Of a stretch of DNA of 64,000 bases, positions 1 to 14,100 are shown one piece after another. The translations under genes and the position numbers were made by a program. The DNA comes from Camelus dromedarius (Eukaryota): the NCBI RefSeq assembly GCF_036321535.1, contig NC_087437.1, positions 64,606,001 to 64,670,000 of the forward strand. The letters run 5' to 3'. How positions within the stretch are numbered: position 1 is the stretch's first letter; the number at the start of each line of letters is the position of its first letter. The notes under the pieces are model-generated. The model was not told the DNA's origin. It saw only the letters and a list, made by a program, of their open reading frames with translations, and ran no database searches.

Positions 1-719
1 TTAGATGATAAAGCCTTGATGATTTATGATTTTGTATTTTTAAGTCTGTCAGATTGTTTCTAGACGTACGTATGAATACTTTGTATAAAATCAATTAAGA
101 CTTTTGGCCATGTAAGTAAAGATGACTGACAGTGATAAAGATAATTCCCCATTACTCTCTTTAAGATTTATGTACTTTGCAAGGTATTCTGAATTTAGCC
201 ATAATAATGGAAGAAAACATTGGAAATGGTAAACAATTAAATTAGCCGATTAAGGCTGATTTCACTCTATTCTTGCTGTAGTAAGCAGGAGGTGGCCCCA
301 GGCCAGCAAGGGGCCAGATAGGACCCTGGTAAAAAATTTTGAGGCCTTGCAGTGAAAGGGCAAGAATGAAGACTGATGGAACATACAGTTTTTTTGTTTG
401 TTTTTAAAGATGATATAACCCTACAAGACAGATGTAAGTGATAAAATGGTTCTGATCTAGTGTAGTAGACTAATTGGGACAGTTCCTGAAAGCAGGCAGT
501 AATCCAGAATGTGGATAATAGGGATAATCTACTTCACATAGCAAGAATAATGCTGCCCTTCATATACAAAGATAAGTCTGCTTACTCATCATGATTGATT
601 TTCCAGCATGAGGAGGGATATGTGCTGAGTTGTCCATGAGTCTCTGTACTCTCTGACCAACAAGGCTGCTTGGGAACAGAATGGGAGTTTGTAGCTAGGA
701 AAAAGAAGACAAGCAGAAG

Positions 720-880
720 GTACTAACATTTATTGATGGATCAAGCACTACATCAGGTACTTTCACTTAATTATTGTAAAAGCACTTTGAGAAGGTGAGG
801 TACATGTAGAGGGTAGTTAGGTAACTTGTCCTACTTCACAGAGTAAGTGGTAGAGTTAGGATTCAAACACAAGGCTATTT
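720..880 (-). mobile_element. MIR SINE relic
   Basis: aacatttattg...ggtaacttgtcc...gtaagtggtagagttaggattcaaac matches the reverse MIR core. Confidence 0.7.
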
Positions 881-1286
881 GTACAATGTTAACATCAAAC
901 ATTAGAGCTTGATTTTGTCTTGGTTTGCAGTTCATTCTCTCCAGCAGAACAAACTAAAAATGTAGTTTGTTTAACATCATGAAATGATATTGTGAAGACC
1001 TAATTTACTGAAAGCTGAAAGGCTGTATGAGTTCCTTGCTTTATTGCCATTAAAAAATACAAATTTTAAATTAGAATAATATGTAAAAAACAACTGTCTT
1101 CTGTCCCAGCCTCTGCACTTTGGAGGCTACCATTTTCTTTTAGCTATTTCCTCTTTCATATTTATGAATCATTTGCTTCTCTTGCTATTTCTTGATATAC
1201 CAGTTTTGGACATTATCTATTGACTTTTGTCCACACATATGTACATTACCTCTCCCATCCTTTCAATATAATTATCACAGGTGTTT

Positions 1287-1484
1287 CTTTTTTTCTTTAT
1301 TTTATTTTTTACATAAAAAGTTCAGTAAAAATTGGATAAAGTAAAGTGATTTTAAGCAGTAAATCAATCTTAACGGCATAGCACAAGGCTGGCTGAAACC
1401 ACAAGGCACCCTGCCTTGGAATATTTACATGATAACACATTAAACCTTGCAGGAGAACTTAAAACATTCTTACAAAGTCTTCCT
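1287..1484 (-). pseudogene. Retroposed fragment with poly(A) tail and 15-bp TSD, probably an mRNA 3' UTR end
   Basis: TSD ttatcacaggtgttt at 1272-1286 and 1485-1499; T-rich tail at 1287-1310. Confidence 0.7.
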
Positions 1485-2369
1485 TTATCACAGGTGTTTA
1501 TTAAGTTATCATTCAGTTATAACAAATATTTATAGCTGAACCATGCAATGTATTGTATCATTTCTTCTCTTAACCAGTTTGGTTTTTCCAGGAGTAATAC
1601 CTTTTTTCCCCCTTCTGTATCCATGAGACAGCTATCCTGGAACCTCTGTCCTTTTAATGCAATCTGGACTGGTTACTTTTTAGGCCTGCTTCACAGCTGT
1701 TATCCTGGAACTTCTCTTTATGTCACCCTTAAAACTCTCAATGCCCTTCTCTCTACTGGATTTCCTATTTTCCATATTTTCTTAACTTCCAGAGGAAGGG
1801 TACCTGGGAAGGAAAAACCTTCTGAGATCTTGCATGATTAAAAAAAAAATCTATTCTACCTTAACATTTCATCAATAATTTGAGTATAAATTTCTAGGCT
1901 TAAAAAGTTTGGAAGTCATAGCTCTGTTGTTTTCTGCATTCTAACGTTGCTGTTGATGTCCAAAGCCATTCTCATTCTTGATTTGTGTGTGACCTTCCCC
2001 ATCTTTCCTCCAATCTCTAGAAGCTTTTAGGATATTATTTTTAACCCCTAATGTGCCTAGATGTGGTTCTTTTTTCATTTAAGGGCACTCCATGGACCCT
2101 TACAAGCTGGGAATTCATGTCCTTTAGTTTTGGGAAATTTATTTTATCATTAATATTATTTTGGGGGGTACTTTAGGTAAAAGAGTTGTAGAGTTAATTA
2201 GCTTTCCAGTTCTTGACACTATCATCAGACTATACAAGTTCCTTTAAATTTTTCATTTCTGAGCCCTACTTCCAGTACCCTTTCTAGCAGGCAGTCATTG
2301 CATTGTGGTTGATAACATTCCTTGATTATATGTGAATCATTGTGAAATATGTAGTGGGTGGGGTGTGTG

Positions 2370-3030
2370 TATTTAGTTTATATATTGTTACAGACTTTGT
2401 TCTGTTTCTTAGTCTTTTTCACTCAGCATTGTTTTGGAGACCTTTCTGTTTTGTTGTGTGTACATATAATTGTGTATAATGTGGAATTCCAGTATACATC
2501 TACTACATTTTACTTTTCATTCCCTAATCACTGACACCTGAGTTGACTTTCTGGCATCACAAATAAACTGTGGTAAATATACTCTTCCTTGTGCATCCTT
2601 ATGGACCTCTGTAAGAAGTTGTCTGAGATATATCCAGGAGTGGGATTCTTGAGTCAATGAATTCGAGAACTAGTTTATGCTCTTACTAGCAATGGAGGAG
2701 GGTTCTTGTTTGCCCACATCTTTGCCAGTATTTGGTTTTATCTAACTTTCTAATTTTTATTAGTCTAATAAGTATAAAGTAGTATTGTTTTAATGTACAT
2801 TCTCTGATAACTAATGAGTTTGAGCATCTCTTGTATCCCTTCAGGTTTTCCCTTTTGATAATTGTCTGTTTTGTCCTTTTCTCTATCTTTCCTTTGGGTT
2901 TCCTGTCTTTTTGGTTTGCAGGAGTTCCTTGTGAAGGTCTGTTTTAGGATGAAAATATCTTCTCTATGCCTGTCATCTTTGTGCTAGTTTTGTCCATGGT
3001 GTCTTTCACTGAATGAATATTCTAAATTTG
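2370..3030 (-). mobile_element. Old L1 (L1M-type) 3' region relic
   Basis: cactcagcattgttttggaga, ccaggagtgggattcttgagtca, cccacatctttgccag and actaatgagtttgagcatct match antisense L1 ORF2-end/3' UTR motifs; boundaries approximate. Confidence 0.7.
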
Positions 3031-3895
3031 GTGCACTGTTTCTTTAATAATCTTCCTCATCAACTTTTTCTCTCTTGGAATTTGGATTACTAGGTATTAG
3101 AGTTCTTAGTTTGTTCTTTTAATTTTCTTTTCCTTCCTATTTTCCATCACTTAGTCTCTTTGTTCTGTTTCCTGAGAGATTTCTTCAGTGTTAATCTTCC
3201 AACCTTCTGTTGAATTTTAAGCTCCTATCCATAGTTTTAATTTCCTAGAGCTCATTCTTATGGTATCTTTGCATTGTTTTATAAACACTATAATCCTTTT
3301 AAGGATAGTAATACTAGTTGGGTTTTTTGGTAGGTTTTTTGGTACCTTTCATTGCTCTACTTCTTTTAAGTTCCTTTATTTCATTGCAGTCTTTTCTCTA
3401 TAGAGGCTTTTCTCAGATGTCTGGTAAACTTAAGGTTGTCCATTCATATTTAAGAGTGAAGTGTTAAAAACTGAATTGGAAACTCTATAGGTATGGCTTG
3501 TTAAAGAGTGGGCAGTTTTGGGATGTGTTTGAGCCTACATGACTACCAGTCTAAAGGGTGGGCAGAGTTGCTGGTGGCCTTTTATAGGGGGAGAGGACTC
3601 ACAGTTCTCTTATCTTGGCCTGGTTGGTTTCCTTGAGAGAGAGTGCCTCCAATCTCTTACCTAAATGCTATGTTCCGAGAACTTACCTTAGAAAAGGAGC
3701 TGTCATTCTCACTGTTAATTGTGCTTGTGTAATCCTGTGTATACCTCACTAGTGTCCCATGAGTCTCTAGTTTTTTCAGAGTAATCCTCTCAACATCTGT
3801 AGGGCTTTGGGGAGGGATGGTTGCCTGGCTGGGCACAAGGGAGGAGGAAGTCTGGGTGTGATGGCTATTTTGTAGACTTAGAACTAGCCTTCCAA

Positions 3896-4016
3896 AAAAT
3901 GTGACAATGAGTATATATATGTTCATGTATAACTGAAAAATTGTGCTCTACACTGGAATTTGACACAACATTGTAAAATGACTATAACTCAATAAAAAAA
4001 AATGTTAAAAAAAAAA
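3896..4016 (+). mobile_element. Young 5'-truncated L1 3' end (lineage-specific)
   Basis: AATAAA plus A-tail; 14-bp TSD aactagccttccaa at 3882-3895 and 4017-4030; near-identical to the copies at 20602 and 26172. Confidence 0.85.
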
Positions 4017-4444
4017 AACTAGCCTTCCAATTTTTAGTCCCATTCCTTACTCTCCCTTCAGAAAAGCCTGTGGGGGCCTCCTGCCTTTGAAGCCTCCTGC
4101 TTGTGGGCAGTATGAATCAGCTTCTTTGCAGGTGCTTAGGCTTCAGAGTGTTCTACTTTGCTAGTAAAATACCATTTGACAATCTGTTTTCACAGCTTCT
4201 AAAAAGTTTTTGACATCTCATCTATAACCTTTGATTCTCTCCTTTCCTGTTCCATATTTGTAATTCATCCCTTTAAAAAAAGTATAATTTTGTGTAGATT
4301 AATCTACCAAATCCATCATTTTATTTCTTCACATAAACTCTATATTTTCTGGCGTGTCCATTCTTTCCATGCCATTTGAGTGCTATGTGCTCAGTATTTT
4401 GCTTAGTATAGAAGGTTAAAATTAAATTTCTGAGCTTTGAGGCA

Positions 4445-4532
4445 GGGTGGGTATAGCTCAGTGATAGAGCACATGCTTAGCATGCATGAGGTCCTGGGTT
4501 CAATCCACAGTACCTCCATTAAACAAAAAAAA
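4445..4532 (+). mobile_element. tRNA-derived SINE (camelid Vic-1-like)
   Basis: gggtatagctcagtgatagagc (A box) ... ggttcaatcc (B box), then A-rich tail. Confidence 0.85.
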
Positions 4533-6271
4533 TTGCTGAGTACTGAGATGTTAATGTTTTGGGAAGAAAACTCATACATCCTGTATAATTCTTAATTTAA
4601 AATATGAAAACTCATATAAATGTATGTGTAATAATATAGAACTTATTAAATTCAGTAATGGATATGAATCAGATAAAGGCAGATTTGCTCTTTTTTTTTA
4701 TCATGAAGGAAACCTTTATGCTATTTTGGGGGAAAGATTTATCTTAAATCCAACTATAAGGAGAGAGGTAGTTTTTCTCTTTGATTAAAAACTTAGACTA
4801 TTCAATCAGAACTTTGATGAAAGAATAGCATGTTGAGTTGATGAAATTCCAGCCAAGAATAAAGAAATACAGTGTTTCAGTTAGGCTGGGAAGGCTCATG
4901 GTAGTAAATACATGCTTTCAGCTTTACTTTTTGGAAGTTTTTCTTATTGTGTAATTAGTCTATTGCTTACTGAAGAAAATTTGGGGGATAAAGACAAATC
5001 ATATTAATACCCATTTAATGTTTTTGTATTCTAATTCAAGTTATGAAATATTTTTAAAAGTATAGAAAATAACGTAGATTGGAGTTTTGTTCCCACCACC
5101 CAGATTTTTCATGCGTTAGTGTTCTGTTTTTCTTATTTCTCGGTATATTATGATTATGTCCCAGAGACAAACCCTTGCTTTATAGTTTTTAGGTTTCCGA
5201 TTTTTCACTGTAACAGTCACGTTGCTGTGAACATTCTTACATATACTGCTGATTTTATTTCCTTCTGGTACATTCCAAAAGTGGAATTACTGAATCCTAG
5301 GGTGTAAATTCCCCAAATCCTTGGTAAATATTTTCCTTTAAATGTTTGGATATTGAGAGTGTCTTTGGGAAACCTTGCAAGTTGGGAACCCATAGATACT
5401 AGAAGGTGAGATCAGAATTCAGGGTCAAAGTTTATAGTAAATTTTGTAGCGGAAAAAGGTCTGAAGCTGGGACATGAAAGAAAATTAGGGATTTCTATTA
5501 GATTGTTGAGGTTAGAGCTATCAAATTTATCAGAGATGAGTGCCTATGAATCATGTCTGCAGCATTGACTTCTCACAGAAGAGGCTTGTTGCAGGGTTTT
5601 TCAAACTGTGCCCCCATTGAACACTAGAATGTTGTCACTAAAATAAAGATAACTAATTATTTTACAGGGAAAAAATGTGTCAGATATTTTAAGTTTTATT
5701 TTTCATCCCTAATTTTTATTAAAATCTTTTAAAGGGATCTGCTACTACTATCTGACTTAGAAGTTGATAACAAATTAATGAGTGTAAGCTATAGAGCTCA
5801 CCTATAGAGCGTGAGCTTGCACCTCCCTATTTTTTGATCAGAAAATAAAGCTTTCAAGAAAATATTCACATATGAACTGAAATTTTTTTATGCTTTATGT
5901 TTAAGTTGATAAATCCATAACTTGCTTCTTTTGTAGTCATACTTTCTTGTGGTTTTGGCTTTTTAATATTAAATGTACATCATGTTTTCTAATAAAATTA
6001 TGCTTAATTTATATGGTGGAACTAAGTATGTTAGCATTTTATGGTGTTCCACAAATATTGTGGATGTTAAACATTCAGAATAGTTAGCATGTGTTTGAGG
6101 TTTACTGACTGTTTGGATTGACTCCACACACTCAACATAAACCATTTTGAATATAATAGAAATATAGAAAGATCTATACTCAGTGTGTTTTGTGTATACA
6201 TTGGTGGAGGACAGAGAGAGTATTGAATGAATCAAGGCCAAGGGAGCTTGTGGAACAAAAAAGTTCAATTT

Positions 6272-6715
6272 TTTTAAGAGACTTTATTCTTTTAGAGCAG
6301 TTTCAGGTTCATAGAAATTAAGCAGTTCAAGAATTAAGCAGAAAATACAGTGTTCACACATAGCCCTCCCCACCCACACATATATACTCCCCTACCCTCA
6401 ACATCCCTCATCAGTGTGGCATATTTGATACAATCAGTGAACCAACATGAGCACGTTATTACCAACTAAAGTCCATAGTTTACATTGGGGTTCATTCTTG
6501 GTGGTGTACATTCTGTGGGTTTTGACATATGTTTAGAGACATGTGTCAACCATTATGCTATCATTCAGAATAGTTTCACTGTCTCCAAAATCCTCTGTGC
6601 TCTGCTGTTCATCCCTCCCATTCCTTAGACCCCTGGCAACTGCTGATCTTTTAACTCTCCAGTTTTGCCTCTTTGAGAATGTCATAAAGTTGGAGTCATA
6701 CCCATGTGTTTTCAA
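6272..6715 (-). mobile_element. L1MC-like 3' UTR relic
   Basis: agactttatt..agagcagtttcaggttca; aaagtccatagtttacatt; ccctggcaactgctgatctttt. Confidence 0.75.
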
Positions 6716-6811
6716 AAAGCTCTCAATGTGACAAATATAATACCCCCCTCAAAAGAGGAGGGGAAGAGGGTATTAAGTAATCAGTCTCATTTATAAATAC
6801 TGATTTAGAAA

Positions 6812-6927
6812 TTTTTTAGGAGGGGAGTTAGGTTTATTTATTTTTATTTATTTATTTAAGATAGGTACTGGGGATTGGACCCAGGACCTCGTGCATGCTA
6901 AGCACACACTACCACTGAGCTATACCA
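6812..6927 (-). mobile_element. tRNA-derived SINE (Vic-1-like)
   Basis: Reverse A/B boxes (cccaggacctc..catgctaagca..actgagctatacc); TSD actgatttaga on both sides. Confidence 0.85.
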
Positions 6928-6949
6928 CTGATTTAGACATTTTTAAGAA

Positions 6950-7810
6950 AATACTAACAGATAGAATTAAAAAGAATGATACACTGTGACCAAGTGTGTT
7001 TATTCTGAGTCAAAAATCATTCATTATTAAGAAATGTATTAATATCTCACTGTATTTAATATGTCAGAGGAGATAAACTGATCATTTTAATAACTGCCAA
7101 AAAGACATTTGGTATAATTCAACACACATTTCAGATTTTAACACTTTAGTAAAATAGGTATAGATGTGTGGACCATAGATGTGATTTTTTTTTTAAGTAT
7201 ATTAAAAGAATACTGTGACACAACTGGAGCTCTTATACACTGCTTGTAGGAATGCAGGATGTTACAGCCACTTTGGAAAACAGTTTGACAATTTTTTGTA
7301 AAGTTAAACATACACTTATCATATGACTCAGCAGTCTTACTCTTAGGCTTTACCCAAGAAAAATGAAAACATTTATCCACGCAAAAACCGTATGTGAATG
7401 TTTATAGTGGCTTATTCATAATCACTCAAAACTGCAAACAATCCAGATGACTATCAACTGATGAATAGATGAACAAATTGTGGAATATAATAGAATACAA
7501 TTCAGCAACAAAAAGAGTCATTTACTGGTAGATGCAACAGTATGGGGGAATCCCAGACTAGTTATTAGTGAGTGAAAAAAGCTGCACTTGAAAGGCTACA
7601 TGTTGTGTGGCTCCATTTATTTGGCATTCTGGAAAATGCAAAATTGAAGGGCAGATCGCCTGGGGTTGGGAAAATGGATTTATTAGAAAGGGGCCTGTCA
7701 GAATTTTCTGTAGTGAGGAAAAGATTCTCTGTCTTAATTGTGGTGGTATTTACTTAAATGGCATATTTTACTGTATGTAAATTATACCTCAATAAAATTG
7801 AGCCTTTAAA
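6950..7810 (+). mobile_element. Old L1 fragments (ORF2 end and 3' UTR)
   Basis: acagccactttggaaaacagtttg; atgtaaattatacctcaataaa at the 3' end. Confidence 0.7.
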
Positions 7811-8114
7811 AAAACTTCATTATCAAGAGTGTCAACTGAAAGTATCAAACACAGAATTCAGTGGCTGGCTTTAAAAAACTAATATGTAGTAATAAGTAAT
7901 TTCCCTGTATTCAGACAGTAGCCAGTTAGAATATAATGAAAGGAAACTTCACATATATCATTGTAGCAAAAAAGATAAGTGTAAATACATATTTAATTTC
8001 TGACCAAGAAGACCCAATATTGTAAAAATGTTTCCTTAATCTATAAATTGAATGCTATCTGAATATCAAAGGACTTTCTTTTTCTCTTAACAAGACAGAA
8101 AAGATTATCTGGAC

Positions 8115-8370
8115 CAAGGGTTCTCAAATTTTTTGGTCACAGAACATTACACTCTTAACAGATACCCTGAAGAAAGAAAACTTTTGTTTATGTTATTATT
8201 GTGTATCTGTTAACATTTACCATATTAGAGGTAAAAATAAAATTTTGAAACACAGGAATACACAGCAGACATTCCATGAGGCATCAAAGTGATCATGCCG
8301 TCACATCACATCTGAAAAACTTAAGAGTGAATATGAACAAAGCACATAACTAGTAGTAGTATGAAAATAG
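8115..8370. mobile_element. hAT/Charlie-type DNA transposon relic
   Basis: agggttctcaaattttttggtc..tacactcttaa..cttttgtttatg terminal motif. Confidence 0.5.
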
Positions 8371-10167
8371 CGTTCATGAGAAGCATTTTTTTTTTTCACA
8401 TATCATATTGTCAAATACGGGAAAATTTAAATTGGTCCTGGATTAGCAGCGGTGGTGATGGGGAACTGGAACATTCATATTCACTAGTACATGGGGGCAA
8501 TATTTTAGAGGGAACTTTGACAATATTAAAATTTTAAATTAACATACTTTTGACCTTGAGGTTTCACTGTTTAAAATTCTTTCATAGGTTTATTTGTGAA
8601 ACATATGCAAATATAGGAAGGATAATTTAGTTACAGCCTTGTTTGTGGTAGACAATTGGAGTCAAGCATAATTGTCATTGATGCATAGGATCTGGTTATG
8701 GTACAAAAGTTAATTACTATATTGTTAAAAATGATAAAACTCTATAGGTGTTGGTATGGAAAGTTGTCCAGAATTGAGCAAACTGCAGAACTGTGTGTGT
8801 ACAATAAAAATCAAAAGGATATGTGTATGTATAACCAATTCTTGAAAGAATATACAGAGAACTTGATGGTGGTTACCGTTAGAAACAAGGGGAGGTACGG
8901 TTTCATTTTTTTCCGTTTATACCTACCCATACTGTTTGGATTTTGTGTGTGTGTGAAATGTTTTGAAATTCAAAAGCACAAGTGCAGTGTATGAATGGTG
9001 GAAATTTTTAGAGTGTTGGAGTCATTTGTGAGTTTCTGGATATCAAAATGTAACTAAAAAAGTAAGACAGGACAAGAGGCCCTGGCATTTCCTTATGTAT
9101 ACCTACTCCTTTTAAAGAACAGTTGCTCTGATCACACATGGCTTACTGCTGTTCCTTATCAGTTGTTCTTTTTAATGTCTGTGCCTTTATTTTGTATTCT
9201 GCCCTGTTTTGTGGGTCTTTCTCTTTCGGCCTCAACTGATGAAATCCTGTCTATTCTTCGTAAGCTAGCTGAAACACCATCTTCTCAATGAAGCCTTCTC
9301 TGATCATTTTAGTCAGAAGAGATTTTTTTTTTTTGAATCTCTGGAGCTATTTAAAGCCATTTCTTCATTACACAAATATCAGGTGTGAGCTATATATGGG
9401 TCAGTGGAGGTATGCTTTCATATGTTACTTTTCATTGCCGTATAAGGTATTATCTCCACAGTGCAATAAGGAAACCAAGATTCACAGAAGTTTAGTACCT
9501 TCCCTATATTATTATGCTAAGAAGTAAATTTGAAAACAGGGTTTTAAGGCCAAACCTCTTCTCTGGACTTACTTCTTATGTCACTTTAATAAAAAGCAAG
9601 TGAATAATTAATCTTTTTGTGAACATTTCTTTCCTTTAGATTTTTTTTATTTTTAAGATTTTTGAAATAAATTCAAGCTTACAGAAGTTTCTAAAAGTGT
9701 ACAAAGCCCTCCTGTTTACCTACTGCCCACATTCCACAATTGTTCATTTTACTTTTTACTCCATTTGCTTTATCATTTACTCTCTCTATGTATATGTGTA
9801 CTGTGTTCCCAACATTGTCTTTCCGTAACTGCTTGCCCTTCTAGCTCCTTGTTGAATCTAGGCTTCCAGTTACTTAAGTCTTATTAGTTTTGTTAAAGTC
9901 TTGTTAAATTTTATCCAGGTCTTGCTCTGTTACTATAGGCTTTCTCCTTCTTTTAACCTAAAACTTGAATTTGGTTATCATTGCTATTATGCTATATTTG
10001 ATCTTTCAGAACCAAAATGCTGCCTGTTTCAGGAATCCCATTCTTCTCTGTGTCATTTGTCAGCACCATTAATTATGATTCCTTCAGAATTACTTGCAAA
10101 TTCTCATCTGCATTGCACCAGTCTCTTAGTCTAATAAAAGCCCAGTGTGACAAAATACTGCTGGATA

Positions 10168-10980
10168 TATTATTAGTCTGCTTGTGCTATCGTTAAAAAG
10201 CATCACAGATTGGATGGTTAAAACAACAGAAATTCATTTTCTCACAGTTCTGGAGGCTAGAAGTCCAAGATCAAAGTTCCAATGTTACGGAAACGACAGT
10301 CCAGTCAAGAAACAAGCACCACTCGGAGGGTTGGAGTACTCAGATGTATTACGCCGGCGGGCTCAGAGGGGCTTCTGCTCCAAAGCTCTGAGCACCTCCA
10401 AGATGTGCGCATGAGGTTTTATAGGGTGAAGTACAAGCTTGGGGTATTAGGCCAATAGGCATGGAACAGCTTTAGCAGCATTATCATCACAAAAGTGGAG
10501 GTGGGGAGGCAGCAAACCAACATTCCAAAGCCAGATATGTATCTTTGAAAACCCAGCTGGCTAGCAAAAAAACATGAACAGCAAAACAACACTGATTAAC
10601 CTAGATTTACAAGTTAGTCTAGCAGAACTCAGATCAGTATTCCAGTACTTAGATTTGTGAGTTATCTTGTTAGCCCAGCCCAGCCTGTCCTTCACATTCC
10701 TAGACTTGTGAGTTATCTTGTTAGACCAGCCAGGCTTTTCCTTCACACCAACAGGGTTGGCTTCTGATAAGGTCTCTCTTCCTGGCTTGCAGATGACCAC
10801 TTTCTCTCTGTTTCCTCACATGACTTTTTCTCTGAGCACATGCAGGGGTTGAGGGTGTAGAGATATATATATAGAGGGAGGGGGAGGGGAAATATCTCTG
10901 GTGTCTCTTCCTCTGATAAGGACACCAGTCCTTTTGGATTAGGGGCCCACCCTATGACCTCATTTAACCTTAATTATCCT
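10168..10980 (-). mobile_element. MLT1A-like MaLR solo LTR, split by a younger ERV LTR
   Basis: ctcacagttctggaggctagaagtccaagatcaa | insert | ctggcttgcagatg..ggattaggggcccaccctatgacctcatttaacctt. Confidence 0.85.
10283..10747 (-). mobile_element. ERV1-class solo LTR (465 bp)
   Basis: TG...CA termini; 4-bp TSD ccaa (10279-10282, 10748-10751); TATA-like cctataaaa on the minus strand; retains CpGs. Confidence 0.85.
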
Positions 10981-11149
10981 TGAGCCTCCTGAATCCTTAC
11001 CTGTAAAGGGTGAGAATAATAATTTTGCCCTATAGGTTTTTTAAGAGATCCTGCTAAAATAGATGATGTGACACAGCACATTATAGATCAGTGATTCTCA
11101 AACCAGGCTTGCATCAAAATCATCTTTTTAAAAATAACTGTTCCCGTGA

Positions 11150-14100
11150 CTTTCATCCTGATAGCATAAGGAGCTCTGCAGACCCACTCCTTTGTACAAC
11201 TGGGGAAAACTATTAAAAAACAACTATTTAGAGCTTTGGAAATGGTCCTAAGGCATACAATAAATGCAGAGCTTCCAGCTGGAGGGAAGGTTTTCTTCCT
11301 GGGAGGAGCAGGACATTGGGATGTCTCATCCTGCCCCCAGCTGCCTGCTGCTTAGGCTAAGTTCTAGGTAAATTTGTTGGAAAGGAAGGGGACTGGACTA
11401 CTGTTTGTCCGGTCTCCACTTGCAGAACAGAAACTGTTGGGAACAGAGCTGCTGAGCATACTAGGGGACAGATCATCTTTTCCCTGTCTTATAAAATGGT
11501 GGTTCCACATCAGGAGAGACAAGCTGAGAAGACTTCAGGCTTGTATCTACCCCCTATCAAATACTCAGTTCCTATGGGTGTCACTCAAAAGAGTGGCTGT
11601 TGTCCACACCCCCATCTTTAGAGCCCTGGTTCAGAGATTTGCTTGTGGGTAGAGGAGAGAAACAGGTCATAAAGCAGATGGCCCCTAATCTCTTCCTCAA
11701 GGAACGACTTTGCTTACATTAGAGCTGGAGAGGTTCAAACCAGGTAAGAACTGGGATAAGAGACAGCTGGAAGGAGCATTCCTAGGGACAGAGTGAATGT
11801 CAGACACTGACCTGAAACTACTCCTTCGAAGGAGCCTGAATTTGGTTGGATTCCTCTGTAGAGCAATTTATTACTGAGGTCATTGTTTAAAACAGTACAG
11901 CAATCTAACTGACAGTGGAAGTTAATAGCTCGGTGTGGTCAGGGAGAGAGACAGAGTCCTACCAAATTACAGCTACGGCAAGTTGACTGTGGGCATATCC
12001 AGGCTCTGCCACCTCTGAGGACCAACACGAGAGGGGGAGGGTGTGGGATGGAAAAACAGACTTCTTTAAAATAATCTAGCAAATTACTGTGCAAATAAAC
12101 AACCAAAAATAGAAAACCTCTAGGGGACCGGGCAATACCCAGAGTTGCCTCAATACTTTATAAGATGTTGAGTTCCCAATAAAAAGGTGAAATATGTGCA
12201 AACAAAAACTAGAAGAGTGTGGCTACTACACTGGAAAAAAAGGAGACAATAGAAACTGCCTGTGAGGGAGACCAGATGTTGGATTTAACAGAAATAAACT
12301 TTGAAGTAACCAGTATAAATATGTTCAAAGAATCAAAGGAAACCTTGATTAAAGAAGGGAATATGTGATGATAACTCATATCAAATAGATACTGTCAATC
12401 AAGAGACAGATTCTAAAGAGGAACCAAATGGAAATTGTGGAGTTGAAAAGTAACATAACTGATGAAAAATTAATTAGAGGGGCTCAAAGGTAGATTTGAA
12501 GTGGTAGAGGAAAGAACTAGTGAACTTGTCAATAGATCGGTAGAAATTTAAGGAAGAGAGAGAAAAAAATGAATAAAATTGAGAAGAGCCTCAGAGAAAT
12601 GTGGGGCACCATAAAGTGCATGGTAGTACACATAATGAGAATACCAGAAGAGGGGAGAAAAAAAGGAGAAAAAAGTATTCAAGAAAATAATGGCAGAAAA
12701 CTTCTCAAATTTATTGAAAAACACTGACCTACATATCCATCCACAGAACCCAAAGAACTTCAAGTAGGATTAATGTAAGAAAACCTACAAATGGACATAT
12801 CAGAGTAAAAATGTTAAAAATCAGAGACAAGAAGAAATCCTTCAGAGCAGCAAGAGAAAAACAGCCGGTTATTTACTTGTAATGGAACCCTGATTAAAAA
12901 AAAATAATAATAACTGCTGACTTTTCATCAGAAACAATGGAATACAGAAGGTTGTGGAGTAATATATTTGAAGTACTCAGAGACAAATACTGTCAACCAA
13001 ATTTTTGTATATCCAGCCAAGCTATCTTTTAAAAATGAAAGTAAATGAAGAGTTTCCTAGATTATAAAAACTGAGAGACTTTTGTTACTAGCAGACTTGC
13101 CTTTCAAGATTGCTAAGGGAAATTCTTTAGGCTGAAAGCAAGTGACCCCAGATGGTAATTTGAATCTATATGAACAAAGAGCACCAGTAAAAGTAATTGT
13201 GCAATTTTAAGAGAGTATATAACCACATTTTTTTTCACAAAACATTTAAAAAGCAGTTGTGTAAAATAATGTATATATTATATTCTTGGGCCTATAGAAA
13301 TGTAATATATTTGTAATGTGTCTGCCAGTAACAGCTCAAAGGAGGTGAGTGGAAGCAAAACTATGTTAAGCTAAGGAAGTGACTGTAGATGATAAAGAAA
13401 TAATTATAACTATGTTATATTTATACCATTAATATGTATATTATACCATGTAATATGTATAACAAAAGTATTATAGAGGAAAGGGAGTAGAATTATATAG
13501 CATAACATTTCTGTATCTCACTGGAATTAACCTAGTATAAATCATGCTGATTCTTGCAAGTTAAAGTGTATATGTTAAGTTCTTGAGCAACTGCTGAGGG
13601 GAAAACAAAAAATACAGTGAAAAAGTCACTAAAAAAATTTAAATACTTCATTAGAAAATAATTCACTTAATGCAGAAGAAAGCAAAAGTAATAAAGGAAC
13701 AAAAGACATGAGGCAGAAAATGAAAAATGAAAAAGCAGTCATCCTTCCAGCTATATCAATAATGATACTAATATGAATTGATTAAATAATCTAATTAAAA
13801 AGGCAGAAATTGTCAGGCTGGATCTAACCATATGCTCTCTACAGGAGACACACTTTAAAGATACAAATACATTGAAGGTATAAGGATGTAAAAAGATAAA
13901 CCATACAAACAACAACCACAAGAAAGCTGGAGTGGCTATACTAATAACAGAAAAAAATAGACTTTAAAACAAAACATGTTATGAGAGAGGAAGAGGGACA
14001 CTTTATAGTGATGAAAAGTTCAATCCACTAGATATATAAAAGTTATAAATATGTATGAACCTAGTAATAGCACCAAAATATATGAAGCAGAAACTGACAG

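Noticed and set aside
4445..4532. tRNA-Ala-like sequences, here and at four other sites
   Set aside because: A-rich tails, TSDs and divergence show they are SINEs, not tRNA genes.
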